From contig JBHGNT010000012.1 of the NCBI GenBank assembly GCA_043228905.1, positions 186,001 to 250,000 on the forward strand: a DNA stretch of 64,000 nucleotides. Reading direction: 5' to 3'. Origin of the DNA: Azolla caroliniana (Eukaryota > Plantae > Polypodiophyta). The notes under the pieces were generated by a model. The model did no database searches, had not been told where the DNA came from, and was given only the letters and a program-made list of their open reading frames with translations. A program made the translations under genes and the position numbers. Shown piece by piece: positions 1-12,589 of the stretch (its first letter is position 1; each line of letters opens with the position of its first letter).

Positions 1-460
1 GACGGAGATTCCAATTCTGAGATAGATTTGAGAAAGAGAGATTGACCCCTTGAATTCAATTTTGAGAGAGAAGATACATAACCAATAGGATAAGTAGTTT
101 TCTTATTATTAATTTCTTGATGCCCCTATGCATATGATGCATGTGAGGGTACAAGACATGCATATAATGCACGGAAAGCATGAAATGCATGCGATTCATG
201 TTTGCCATTTGGCGTTCATGCATCACATGTGATGCATGATGACCATCTCACTTATCCAAGCTCTCATGTATGAGAATTTACATGTGAAAAGTACAATGAT
301 GAAAATAAACTTCAAAGAAACATCTTAGCCTAATGGTATGTCAATTGTTTCCTATCTAGGTGCAAGGTTCAAGACTTGCTTGCACCCCTTTGTATGCACT
401 CAAATGTTACTAGGCTTTAGTCTTATTTTTATATTTACAAATGTTTGAGTGCACATCACA
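1..460 (-). mobile_element. Degenerate AT-rich LTR-like fragment related to the insert at 38810-39588
   Basis: Reverse complement of 358-379 (gcaagtcttgaaccttgcacct) resembles 38907-38928. The first 60 bp resemble the reverse complement of ~39335-39380. Boundaries approximate. Confidence 0.35.
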
Positions 461-750
461 CGTGCACATGTTTAACTTTATCTAACTTTTCTTTTATGAT
501 TCTCATTTCAATCCTATTTACAACTTGCTAGTATATGCGTGTGGCCTTCACCCCTTTCACACGTGCACATTGCACCTTCGTGATTTCGTTAGTTCCACAC
601 AATTTTCACACCGTTGCCCAAAATCTTCACGACACCACGTTTTCCCCTTCCTCCCTCCCTCCTCTCACCCACCCACTCACACAACAATGGTATGTGAACA
701 ATTTAACATGAGATTAAAGTTGATTACACTCGATTGACAGAACATTCACT

Positions 751-1492
751 TGATAAAGACCAAATACCATGATTTTGGTGGTTCTTACAAAATGACCTTC
801 AATGGTTTAAACAAGAAGAATAATGATGAGGAGCAATCAGGCTTCAATGCAGATTCAAGCTGCTTGACTACTTTCTATGACGACAACGCCTCTTTCTCAA
901 TGTAGTCTCCTTGTGCCACTTAATGCTCCCTTCTCCAACTAGTAGTCGAGCTCCAACATAATAAGAAGAAGAGGAAGTCGAAAGAGAAGTGCTCCTAGTC
1001 ATTTTCAGATTCACTCTCTTTCCAAATCTAAAACTCTCAAACAATGAAGAAGAACAAGAGTAGAAAGAAAGAAAGAAAGAAAGATATATTAACGTCTTTT
1101 AAGAGGCCAAAATGCATGCCTCTTCAATGCCCAAAATCCCAAAATGGTCAAACCCTTAAATGAGCCCTCCACTCTTCCTTTTATAGAGACGAGGCTTAAC
1201 ATTAAATGCTTGACTACCTGCTTCACATAAATGGCAGCCCCTTTTTTATACGGATTAAGATCCAAACTCTAGAGTCTACACCCCATTGTGTATAATCTAT
1301 AACTCTAGTCACTAATCTATAGCCTATAGTACTTTTATTGTCCTTTATACATATTTACATTTAATGTGATTGTCCCACTTTCCGCCTTTTTATTTATTTT
1401 TACATTAGGACCCACCATATCATGAGATCCAACCCCACCAAACCTTTTCATCATCTGGTATGTGCCAAGAATGATGGGGCCGAAGGTCATCA
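751..1492 (-). mobile_element. Probable solo LTR
   Basis: Ends TGAT...ATCA, with a minus-strand TATA (ctctataaaag, ~1178-1188). Flanks are only an imperfect TSD (cact/aact). Confidence 0.35.
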
Positions 1493-1671
1493 AACTTCGT
1501 CTTCCTCACTTCCGTTTCCATCCATGTTGTCACCTTTGTTGTCCTGAGCCTCTGACTCTTGCTCACCTTTGTTTTCGTCTTCCTCAAAACCATCTAGGTG
1601 TGGCTCATTCTTTTGTGACTTGAAGATCTTTACTCTTTTCGCCTCTATTGGTACCACAAGCCTTGTCTTGT

Positions 1672-2134
1672 TGTTACGAGCATGACCATATAATATCTTG
1701 TGGTAAGATTGTATCATAGTATTCTATACACGTGGATAAAGTGTGAGGATAAATGAGGAGAGAGAAGGGTGTCGATCCACTCGACCACCCACGAGCGAAG
1801 GGATCGAGACAGACTTGAGCCTTAATCGGCGTCCCATACCACCACCACAACATCAAGTCATACCTGGTACTAACACGCTCATTTCAAGAGTTGATCACCA
1901 CGAGGACAGAGTCCAGAGTCTCAAAGTAGTCGATAATGTGTCAAATGAGGGTTACGTAGCTAGGCCTCATATTTATAGACAAACCTAAGGTCCCCAAGCA
2001 AGTTTACACTTGGCCTTAATGGGTTGTCTCAATCCCAAGGATTAAAAGTAATCCTTCCGTTCTTTACAATCTCGTTTAACCCTCACACTTTATCCACGTG
2101 TATAGAACACTACGGTACAATCATGTCTGTAACA
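1672..2134 (-). mobile_element. LTR-derived element with inverted 5-prime LTR ends (same family as solo LTR 37235-37688)
   Basis: Termini TGTTAC...GTAACA and flanks CTTGT/CTTGC. 1760-2134 is a reverse-complement copy of the 37235 LTR body; 1672-1748 is a forward copy of its first ~77 bp. Confidence 0.8.
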
Positions 2135-2249
2135 CTTGCCTAGTTCAACAAGGTGGTCGGTGGCATCACCATTTGTGCTTATCACCATATAAGTTCTATA
2201 ATGCATAGATAAGTCTATAAGAGTTAAAGCACCATAACTGTCAACACAT

Positions 2250-2560
2250 TTTCCCTTTAGGTTTCTCCAAAATTCATCACATGTACATATGTGTTTTTGC
2301 TTGTGTTATGAGAAATTGATGAGTCACTTCTCATGTTCTTCATTTTTTTTGAAAAGTTTTATGTACTTAGACAAATGCTTTCGATATTATTTTTTTACCA
2401 TTGAATACATCCAAACTAATAAGGCACAATCAAGCTTGATGGCATTCCTTATCAAACCATTTTGTTCTTTGAACCACATTTCTTGATGCCTTTCCAAGAT
2501 AGGTGCTTGGCTACGTTTGTTTGTGCATGAGAAAATGACTTTCTTGAAAACTTGTAAATC
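2250..2560 (-). mobile_element. Decayed non-L1 LINE ORF2 fragment
   Basis: Minus strand ~2460-2432 reads WFDKECHQA, a motif typical of the endonuclease-RT linker of CR1/L2/RTEX-like LINEs. Extent uncertain. Confidence 0.35.
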
Positions 2561-3985
2561 TCAACCCATGCACGGATATGTCCAACTAAGAAACTTGTAA
2601 AAATATTTAAAAATCAATCATGAATCAAAAGGAAACCCCTACAATCCCCTCATAAAGTACATAAATTATAATACATGAAGGTAAAAATATTTCCTTTAAC
2701 TTACAATAAATTCCTTAAAGGCTAAAATCGAGCTATATTAAACAATGTTTTACAATGATTAACCTTGTTACATAGAGTGTGAGCGGTTAAGAAGATGAAA
2801 GAAGTAAAATGGAAAGAGTATTCATGAGTTGGTGTGATGAGTCTTCGATCGACGACATGTCACCTTGGTTGTTGGAGGGATCTCACACCTTTTCTTTATT
2901 TAAATAATCTATTCGCTAATGAACTCTGGATGTTTGAATCCAAAAATGACCATCCTAACTCTCTTCCTCCTTTTATAGCTTTCAAGATTGAAGAGACCTC
3001 TTACCAAAATAGAAACTTCGTTTTGTAGCATACTTCATCACTTGTCCTTGCCCTTCATTTCATTTTTATACGTCCTTCTTTTATCTTGTGTATTATAGAT
3101 CACCTTTCCCCCATTGTTGCACATAAGGAGGTTCAAAACCTTGACCCTTTTGATTGCCACCAAATCCTTCTAGTTATGTCTTCAACCAAAGCCTTAAACC
3201 TATCATAAACTTGATATTCCAATGCATTTCTTCCTTCACACACACACACACACACACACACAAGATCCACAAGGACTATCCTTAGAAGGATCAATGTATA
3301 TAACAACTCCAAAATAGCAACAAATTCAACAAAACTCACGATGTCCTGCTATCCACGACTCTGGACGAAACCTCCACCCCCTCATCTACAACCACCTTAA
3401 CCCGCCTACTTTTATGTAACAAAGTTATCCGGGTACTACAACTATGGAAACTTACTTATACCTCAACTATACATATTTAACACCTGTCCACTATTGGGAA
3501 CCATTGGCAAAAACAACCACTTGGGTGGTTGGTAGTTTCATTTAAGCCTCGTTGAAGATTTGACCATCATAGGAGAACCACCCCATTTCAACAAAAAAAT
3601 TTCCCTTGCCATTTTTGCTTCGTCCAAATCCCCCTGAATCAAGTCATACTGTTCACGCAACTAGTGTTGGGAAATCGGTCCCTCCGGATGGGATCCGGCT
3701 ATGAATGAAGAGGACCCGGTGAGATCTGGAAACTGGATCGGATGGACCTGGTGAGAACCAGAAGAGATCCGGAAACCGGATCAGGTGGACCCGGTGAAAA
3801 TTAGAAGAGAAGACATATTTGTAAATATGTTTTGAGTAAACCTATTGAGGCTATATTTGTAAATAGCCCTTAGTTCATGTAATTATAAATATGACTTAGG
3901 GCAATCACTCTCTAAGTAGTGATGAATGTTGTCATATTGTTGTATGTATAACTATTGTATATAACGAGTGACATACAGGACGGTT

Positions 3986-4788
3986 CATAGACTGCTTCGT
4001 TAGCTTCGATTCGCATGTTTGACCTAGAAAATCCGATATCACATGAGCCATCTATGAACATTTTCACTTACTCACGCGCTCTTGTCTACGCCCTCCTCAA
4101 GTGTGGCACAACATTTCTTTTCTTTTCATGTCTATCGACCTAAGTTTCAAAATCATGATTTTTCAATTCCATATCATAGACTACTTCGTTAGCTTCGATT
4201 CACATGTTTGAACTAGAAAATCCGATATCACACGAGCCATCTATGAACATTTTTATTTACTCACGTGCTCTTGTCTACGCCCTCCTCAAATGTGGCACAA
4301 CATTGATTTTTTCTTCATGTCTCTCGCGTTGAGTTTCAAAATCATTGTTTTTCAATTCCATATCATAGAATGGTTCGTTAACTTCAATTCACATGTTTGA
4401 ACTAGAAAATCCGATCACACAAGCCATCTATGAACATTTTCATTTACTCACGCGCTCTTGTCTATGCACTCCTCAAGTGTGGCACAACATTTCTTTTCTC
4501 TTCATGTCTGTCGCCCTGAGTTTCAAAATCATGATTTTTCAATTCCATATCATAGAATACTTCGTTAGCTTCGATTCACATGTTTGAACTAGAAAATCCG
4601 ATATCACATGAGCCATCTATGAACATTTTTATTTACTCACGCGCTCTTGTCTACGCCCTCCTCAAGTGTGGCACAACATTGCTTTTCTCATCATCTCTGT
4701 TTCAATTCCATATTGTAGCTAGCTTTGTTAGCTTCAATTCGCATGTTCATAGATGGCTCGTGTGATATCGGATTTTCTAGTTCAAACA
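3986..4788. repeat. Tandem array of ~189-bp units (about 4 copies) capped by a 46-bp inverted copy, inside the copia LTR
   Basis: Unit starts (catag) at 3986, 4175, 4364 and 4551. 4743-4788 is the reverse complement of tgtttgaactagaaaatccgatatcacacgagccatctatgaacat. Confidence 0.92.
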
Positions 4789-6422
4789 ATGTTGTAACCG
4801 CCGCTTGGCGAAGAAACAGAGCTCGAGGTCGTTGCCTCCAAGTATTTGATTGCACTTTTCTCATATGGTGATAGTTCGGAGTCTATGGGCTCCCGTGGTT
4901 TTTCCCTATTAGGGTTTTCATGTAAACATCCTATGTACTCTCTATCGAATCGGGTGTGTACGTGCGTTCACTCTCTATTTCCCATTTCTATGTTTCATTC
5001 TCATTGAAGTAATTCAAGAGTCGGTTGTGGCGGAGCAATATTCCGCGTTGTTCTCTACAATCTGGTATCAGAGCGAACAACACAGGAAATGGAAGAATCG
5101 TTCGACGGCATGTTCAAGCTCACCAACGCCAACTACTCAGTGTGGAAGTCGAAGATGAGGGATATGTTGGTGGTTAAAGATGTTTGGTTGCCAGTTCAGT
5201 TCAGGGACAAGAGACCAGATAAGATCAACACCACAGTGTGGGAGGTGATGCACGTGAAGACCACAACATACATCCGGTGCTTCATTAACATGAACCTGTA
5301 CAACAACTTCAATGAAGAGAGCAAGGCGCATGAACTCTGGGAGAAGATCGACATCATGTTCCAGAACAAGAATGTCGTTAATCAAGTTTCGGTATTTCGG
5401 AAGCTAGTGAGGCTCTAGTACCAAGACGACTCCAGTATGGTGGAACACATGAATGCTTTCCAGGGGCTAATACATCAAACAACCTCATTGGAAGTACCTC
5501 TCGCCAATGAGGTACTCGCATTACTCCTGCTCGGTTCCCTCCCAGATAGTTGGGAGACGTTAGTTGTCACGTTGGGCAACGCCAGGCCGGAACAAAAGCA
5601 ATTGTCCCTAGCAAGGGTAAAATCAAGCTTTCTAGATGAAGAGGCTAAGGACCGGGAGTTCAGAACCGATCTGAAGGCCTTGCTCACGTAAGATGACCAC
5701 AACTGGGGAAGAGGCCGGTATCGGAGTCCCCAAAACCGGGACAAATCGGGGACGAGGTCGAAGTCAGGGGTGAGGCCTACTTGCTTCTATTGTGGGAAGC
5801 TGGGGCACTTCTAGAAGAATTGTCGGCATTTCCGGAAAGAGAAAGAAACTGGCACCACCGATTCGAGGAAGAGTTCAGATCGAAACGGTTTGGACCGGAG
5901 AGGCCCGAATCGGAAAGGAACGTCGGCAATCGCGACAAGTGAAGAGGAACTGATGCTCATTACCGAGGAGAATGAGTTAAACCTTGTCAGCGATGAGACA
6001 ACGCGGGTTGTCGATTCCGGAGCATCGTTCCACCTGACACTGAGTCGGAAATGCTTCTCATCCTACACGGTCGGTGATCATGGTTGTGTCCGGATGGGGA
6101 ATGAAGGGACATACCGAATTATCGGCATAGGAGATGTGTTGTTGACGACATTAACCGGATGCAAGCTGTTGCTAAAGGATGTCCGACACGTTCCAAAGGT
6201 TCGACTAAACCTCATACATGAGCCAGAAGGGGATGAGAAGACTTGCCGAAGACAACCTCATTCTAGAGGTGAAAGATATGCATCTTGAGAAGTGCACCGA
6301 TTGTTTGGCCGGCAAGCAAAACCAAACCTCCTTCCGGTCAAGACGACTGATGAGACGGAATGCACCACTGGAGCTAGTGCATACCGATGTGTATCAAGTG
6401 GACACGAAGTCACATGCTGGAG

Positions 6423-6966
6423 TAGCAATGGGCCTGGTTTCGGCTTAAACCGAACTGAACCGTTAAACCATGATTTAAATGTTTATAAGTTCCAAAATAA
6501 TTAAATGTTTTGGTTTGGTTTTAATTAATAATAAACGGTTCGGTTTCAGTTTGGTTTGGTTTTGAAACTAGGGTTTATAGGTTTTTGGGCTATCTTTTTT
6601 TATCCATTAAATGTTTATGTAATTCAATGGTTTAATTAATGTTTTTCATTGGTTTAATTCACTTAACTTAATTGTTTATTTAATCTAATGGCTCAATTAA
6701 TCTTATTTATTTATTTAAACATAAATGCTATTTAATTTTGTGTATTTTTATTTAATTATTTATTTAATTAGCTTGGCTTAAATGTGGTTAGGTTTAAACT
6801 TTTTATTAAATGGTTTGGTTTGGTTTTAACTTTTCCCTAAACGGTTTGGTTTAAATGGTTTAGTTTACCTTTTTTTAAAATGGTTTGGTTTAAATGTTCA
6901 AATTTTAATTAACGGTTTGGTTTGGTTTGGTTTCAAGGCACCGAAACTGAACTGGGCCCATTGCTA
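6423..6966. mobile_element. hAT-type MITE inserted in the copia integrase
   Basis: TIR TAGCAATGGGCC...GGCCCATTGCTA and 8-bp TSD TGCTGGAG/TGCCGGAG. AT-rich core with GGTTT/AAACCG subterminal repeats; integrase coding sequence resumes after it. Confidence 0.92.
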
Positions 6967-8027
6967 TGCCGGAGTGTAGTACTTCGTGACGTTTATAGAT
7001 GCCCACATTCGGAAGCTATGGGTCTCACCACTGAAGACGAAGGATCAAGTGTTATCCGTCTTCAAGGAGCTCCACGCGAGAGTAGAAAGATAAACTAGCT
7101 TGAAGCTGAAGGCGGTTCGAGCAGATAACGGAGGAGAATACATGGGGCAGTTCGAGGAGTAGTGTCAGTCGAAGGGAATCCGACTCGAATTTACCGTGTC
7201 GTAGACGCCGAAACTAAATGGGTTGGCCGCACGGATGAACCGGACCGTGATGGAGAGAGTTCGGAGCATGCTGGCACATGCAAAGTTACCTAAGACGTTT
7301 TGGGCTGAGGCGTTGATCACGATGACCTATGTGATAAACAGATCACCCTCAACACCCTTGGAAGGAGACTCATCGCAGAAAGTATGGACCGGTAAAGATG
7401 TATCCTACCAGCATCTAAAGGTTTTCGGATGTCTCGCTTACGTGCATGTGGCGAAGGACAAGAGAGCAAAGTTGGATCCGAAGTCCTGGCCATGCATATT
7501 CCTTGGATACGACGATGATGAGTTCGGTTACCGGGTGTGGGATCTGGTTGACAAGAAGGTGTTCCGGAGTCGGGACATAGTCTTCATGGAAGAGAGGACC
7601 ATTCCTGATTGGGAGTTGGAGAAGAAGGTGATGAACTCCATATCATCCAATGAAAACCGGCTTGAGGACACAAGGACCTACCCAGTTGAAAACCGATGCA
7701 GAGCATGTGTTGTTAACCGATGAGGGGGAGCCAGAAAGCTTCGAAGAAGCTAAGCGAGACACCCACAACCGCAAGTGGTTGAGTGTCATGCAGGATGAGA
7801 TGGATTCCCTGCATGAGAACCACACATATGAACTGATGGAGTTGCCGAAAGGGAAGAGAGCACTCCGGAACAAGTGGGTGTACAAGTTGAAATTGGGAGA
7901 TGCCGGAAATCCACCAAGGTATAAGACCCAAATTGTGGTGAAGGGCTTCCAACAAAAGAAAGGAGTGGATTTCGACGAGATCTTTGCCCCGGTAGTAAAG
8001 ATGACATCCATCCGGACGGTATTCAGC

Positions 8028-8145
8028 TCCTGGATTTGGCTCTTCGGTTCGGACACCGATCCGGGCCTAGCCAATCGGTCTTCATCCGATCCAGCTCTTG
8101 GCTTATACATCCGATCCTGTCCATGTTGAGCTTTTTCGCTCAACA
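8028..8145 (-). mobile_element. 5-prime end fragment of an LTR of the 25829-26249 family
   Basis: Reverse complement begins TGTTGAGCGAAAAAGCTCAAC...GAGCTGGATCGG, matching TGTTGAGAGAGCAAGCTCAAC...GAGCTGGATCGG at 25829. Confidence 0.75.
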
Positions 8146-8479
8146 CTATCTTGATCTTTACATTTTGAGATGAGCTTTGCATTATTCATTAAGCCAAACA
8201 TTACATGGAAAACTAAGGATTTCGTGTACAACTACATGTGAACTAGAATATTGATACCCTACATTGAGAATGTGATCCTTCAGTTGCTCTCTATTTATTT
8301 TCGCATATTTAGTAAGGGAGAGAGAGGTTCATAACATAATTCTTAACTGCATATGCACATAGATTAGCATTTTAATGATAGCAAAGTTGCATAATGTATC
8401 TCTCTTGCTTTTGTACTCTAATACATCGATTAATGTGTGAATTAAGTACAATTTGAGTTCAGTTAGAATGGAACAATTT

Positions 8480-9815
8480 TGAATTTATTCACCATGGATG
8501 ATGTATCAAATGATTGGCTTATGAATTCAATTAAACCAATATTTAAAGCCGGAGATAAGAATCAAGTATCAAATTGTCGTACAATAATGGTGAGCTCAAC
8601 TATTGCCAAATTATATAGCACTATTATGGAGCAAAAGATAAGCACATGGGCGCTGAAAGTGTTATCCATGGGACAAAAGGTACAAGGTGTGAAAAGGATC
8701 TTAAAGGAAAAGTATGAAAGTGGAAGCGTAAGACAAGTGTGAAAAGGTGTAAAGAGCCGAGCACTAGCAGCTGAGGGGGAAAGTAACCGAAATACAAGCA
8801 ATTGAGAACAAAGGCGAGGATCAGGAGGAAGTAGTTGGAGCATGCCAAGAGGAGAGGAAGCAATATAAAGCATGAAGTGGCGAAAGCTGAGGAGAGACAT
8901 ATATACCTATTTTGAGCCAGAGTGACCAAGCCTAACCCTAGAATTGTATTGAGGGAGTGAGTGATACCGATTATACTAGGTCTTGTACTATCATTGTATT
9001 ATCTATTAAGTAATCAAATACCTATACTTTTTGGGTTAATCTCTATGCATATCTCGTTTCAAATCTATTTCTACTTGTATTGTGTGTTTTGTAAGTCGTG
9101 AGTACGAATCGGTTGTAGCCAATTCTTTGAGTGTCCATAGCAGAAGGGTGTAACGTTTCGGCCCCTACTTCGCCCTACCTTAGTCTCTTACACAACCACG
9201 ATTCCTTGACCCGATTACTTAGGAGGAGTAATCGAAGGTGTTCTCTAGGAAAGGTTGGTGGAATCATTACGGATGAAGTGGGAAGATGCTAAGAAGACAA
9301 AGCTAGAGAATACTACATTGCAAATGTCAAGCTTGAATGTTGGTCTCAATATAAAGCAAGAATGCCTATTGATTGTATCCAACCTTATCTCGTTACCAAT
9401 AGGAGTAGTAATGCTCATAGAGCCCTTACACTACTTCTCACTCAATATCACAAGTTAGGTATTGAAGTTGCATTATGGTATCAAAATGTAACAAATTTGA
9501 AGACATGTAAAGTATGCAATGAAGGCATGGTAGAGGATGAATGTCATGTGCTCTTCACATGCTCGACATATAGTGCAATTCGTTCAAGATATGTTGGCAT
9601 ACTGAGAGGGAGTGATAACTTAAGTGCCATACTTAAGACACCACCTAGAAGGTTGAGCTCATATGTGTATGCTTTATTCACACATAGAGACTTTGTGCTT
9701 CAATGTATGAATACCCCTTCTTAGGAAGGAGACACGTATCAAGAACACATGTATACTTTGGTCCCATAGGTCAAAATTGGCCTCTTTATGGACGATAACA
9801 ATTCTAATTCTAATT
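8480..9815 (+). mobile_element. Non-L1 (RTEX/CR1-like) LINE remnant interrupted by an LTR-like segment (~8660-9240)
   Basis: RT N-terminal motif IKPIFKAGDKNQVSNCRTI (8479 ORF) and C-terminal CKVC..EDECHVLFTC zinc motif (9362 ORF). Short (aattct)n tail ~9800-9812. The intervening block starts TGTTATCC at 8660. Confidence 0.65.
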
Positions 9816-10979
9816 ACATTCTTTCACTAACACATAGTCAACTACACTTCCACTCCCCAAGGCTAGGACACATGTCAAAATATTTTACATTGGAAATGCG
9901 TCGTGAGTAATCGTCATGTTTGTGCCATTAAGCATGTATATGAGAAGCCTACCATAATCTAACATGATACAATCTTTTGAGCTATGTGTTGAATCAACAA
10001 CATTATAATTTATCATCAACTTTCACTATCATCAACTTTCACATTTTCATAACTTCCAACTCTAGCTTTAAAATCCCCCACAACCAGCACTTTTTCTTCA
10101 ATCCTTCATATGTAAGAATCTTAAACACACATAAAAAAAAGGATCATCACGATCTAAGTCATACAAATTATAGTAGTTGGACATTCTATGAGGAATGTAT
10201 GAACATGCCAAATAAAGTGGAGGGGATGTAGCAAGAGTAGATGGTTGGAGTGAAAATGAAGATCTTAAAGGTATAAGGTACGGAACAGGGAATATATAAA
10301 TGCGTACCCATTTGGAGATGGTATGAGGAGAGAAGTTCGAGAGTAATGCTCGTCTATCTACAACCAAAATAGTCATTAGTAATTAGGGGTGAGAGTGATC
10401 GTTCGTGCACCAACGATGAAGGTTTATGTCAATCTCTTGGAGAGTTAAACAGGTTCATACAAATTTAATAAACATCGTGAAACGAAACATGAGAAATTGT
10501 AACTTGTCCCATAGAGGTCAAGAGTCATTATCTATGTCTAATACGGTACAAAACAAATAAATATGTAAGTCAAAAAGAGTAAGGACCCTAGGGATGTGAG
10601 TGCGAAGTGGGGGCTTCAACTTGGTTGGACGAAATGTGTGGATATTTGGATAGATAGTTGAGAGACGTGTGGTATATTCGAAACACTCAAAAGCCTCTTG
10701 AACCCTTGCTAGGGGAAATCTCAAAGTCGGGGAGATTCATTTTGTTGCACCAACTACAAGATGAATGATATGTATTGCTCACATGATTCACAAGGGAACT
10801 TGTTCCTTTCTCTCATTACACACATACATACTTGCATGCACATGTGCGCGTGTATGTGTGGGAATGTGGATATGGATTGTGTGTGTGTGTGAGAGTTGTG
10901 TAGACATATAAACGTTTAAAGAGGGACATGAATCATTGGGTAATAATAGTAATGACAATGTAGACGAAGAAGAAACGAA

Positions 10980-11961
10980 ATATGTACTCTCTCTCTCTCA
11001 TACCCCCCCCCCCCCCCCCAAAAAAAAAAAACCAAAAAAAACACACACACACACACATTCTCCTTCTTCTTCTTCTTCTTCTTGGTCATTGGAGTTTTAG
11101 AAGAAGCTCACACACACACACAAAGACAAAGACAAAGACAAAGACAAAAAAGAAGAAGGGAGGTCGAGTGAATGAATGTGATGAAGGACGTGGTAAGTCA
11201 CTGCTTCATAAATACAGAATAGCAGGAGCCAGGAAGTATGTAACGCAGAAGTGCATTATTTCCAAAGTTTGTATTTAATTTATTTAACAAATTAAGGAAA
11301 GAAAGCAGGGAGAGAGAAACAAAAGCCTCGTTTGTTATTCATTCGTTCATTCGTTCGTTCGTTTTTTCGTTCACAAAATAAATATGAGTGAGTGTGTGTG
11401 TGTATAAATTTTATATATATGTATATATATATATATATATGAAGTCCCGACGAAAAGTAAAGTAAATTTTTCAAAATAAAATCAAATAATAAAAGAACAA
11501 ACTTACATATAAATCACTCACCCGTTTTTAATAAATAACGCAAAAAGAGAAGACTGGAAAAAACGAAATAATTAATTAGTAATTAGTTCATTTATGTATG
11601 TATGTATGTATATATCCTTTACTATTTGGAGTAAAAAGGAAGAAGAAACCAAATACCAAATACGACTACGAATATATGTATGTATGTATGTATGTATGTA
11701 CATGCAGGCGGAGTACTACATATTTGTATGTATTTATGTACAAAAAAACACACTCGGGAGAAATACATACATATGTATGTATATACAAAAAAATAAAACG
11801 AGCTAAAATCAATAAATAAATAAATGCAGCAAGACATTCTATATGTATAAATAAATAAATAAATGAATAAATAAATGAATGAATATACAAAATAAAATAA
11901 AAAACATTTAAAGAGATTCAAAATCCAGGAACACGCAGCTCAAAAACGGAAGAGAGAGAGA

Positions 11962-12010
<49 letters not shown>

Positions 12011-12512
12011 CTTCAATGGCTATGGCGTTATGTGCAGAGCTCTTCTTCCTCCTCCTCATTACTAATAATAATCCATACCATAATTCATAACCCCTTCCCC
12101 CCCATCACTCTCTCTCTCTCTCTCTGCCTGTCTGTCTGTGCTTGTGCGTTCTTTGTTTGTGTTGTGGTTTAAAAGAGTCTGTGCTCTGCAGGCATCCTCT
12201 CTCAACGGCATGGCTAGTGCACAATTCAAAGCCTGAAGCTTTGCTAATCCATATCTCCCTCTCTCTTCGCCTCTGTAAAAATCCTTATATCGAGTTTCCT
12301 CTTATGTATTTTTAAAGCTCTAAGCCCCAAACTAAACTAAACTACAGACAGCTTCATCCCTGTCCAACCACCCAAGACACACGCAGTTTAGTTGCAGTCG
12401 CCTGAAAACCCTAAAAAAAAAAACAACAACAAACACTCTGAATTGTGTTAACAGTTCCATTTCTGTCAAGCCTAAATAAATCAATCCCTTATACAATCTC
12501 TCCAGTCTCTTG

Positions 12513-12577
<65 letters not shown>
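10980..12577. repeat. Microsatellite-dense upstream region: (CA)n, (CTT)n, (AAAGAC)n, (TATG)n, (TAAA)n and two long (AG)n tracts
   Basis: Directly visible; the (AG)n tract at ~12514-12577 ends ~12 bp before the ATG at 12590. Confidence 0.9.
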
Positions 12578-12578
<1 letters not shown>

Positions 12579-12589
12579 AAGATCAGAAA

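Larger units (their letters stand above)
3665..8027 (+). mobile_element. Ty1/copia LTR retrotransposon, decayed and 3-prime truncated within RT
   Basis: 5-prime LTR 3665-5059 (TGTTGG...TACA) and tRNA-iMet PBS TGGTATCAGAGC at 5063-5074. gag from 5089, zinc knuckle CFYCGKLGH ~5780, protease VVDSGASFH, integrase CTDC/LELVHTDV, RT start (NKWVYKLK, DFDEIFAPV). Multiple stops and frameshifts; no 3-prime LTR. Confidence 0.93.

Noticed and set aside
3986-4745. Regular repeat array as a possible CRISPR
   Set aside because: Units are ~189-bp full tandem copies without unique spacers, there are no cas genes and the context is eukaryotic.
10227-10740. Possible LTR after a purine tract (ggagggga-TGTAGC)
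   Set aside because: No second end, TSD or sister copy in the window.
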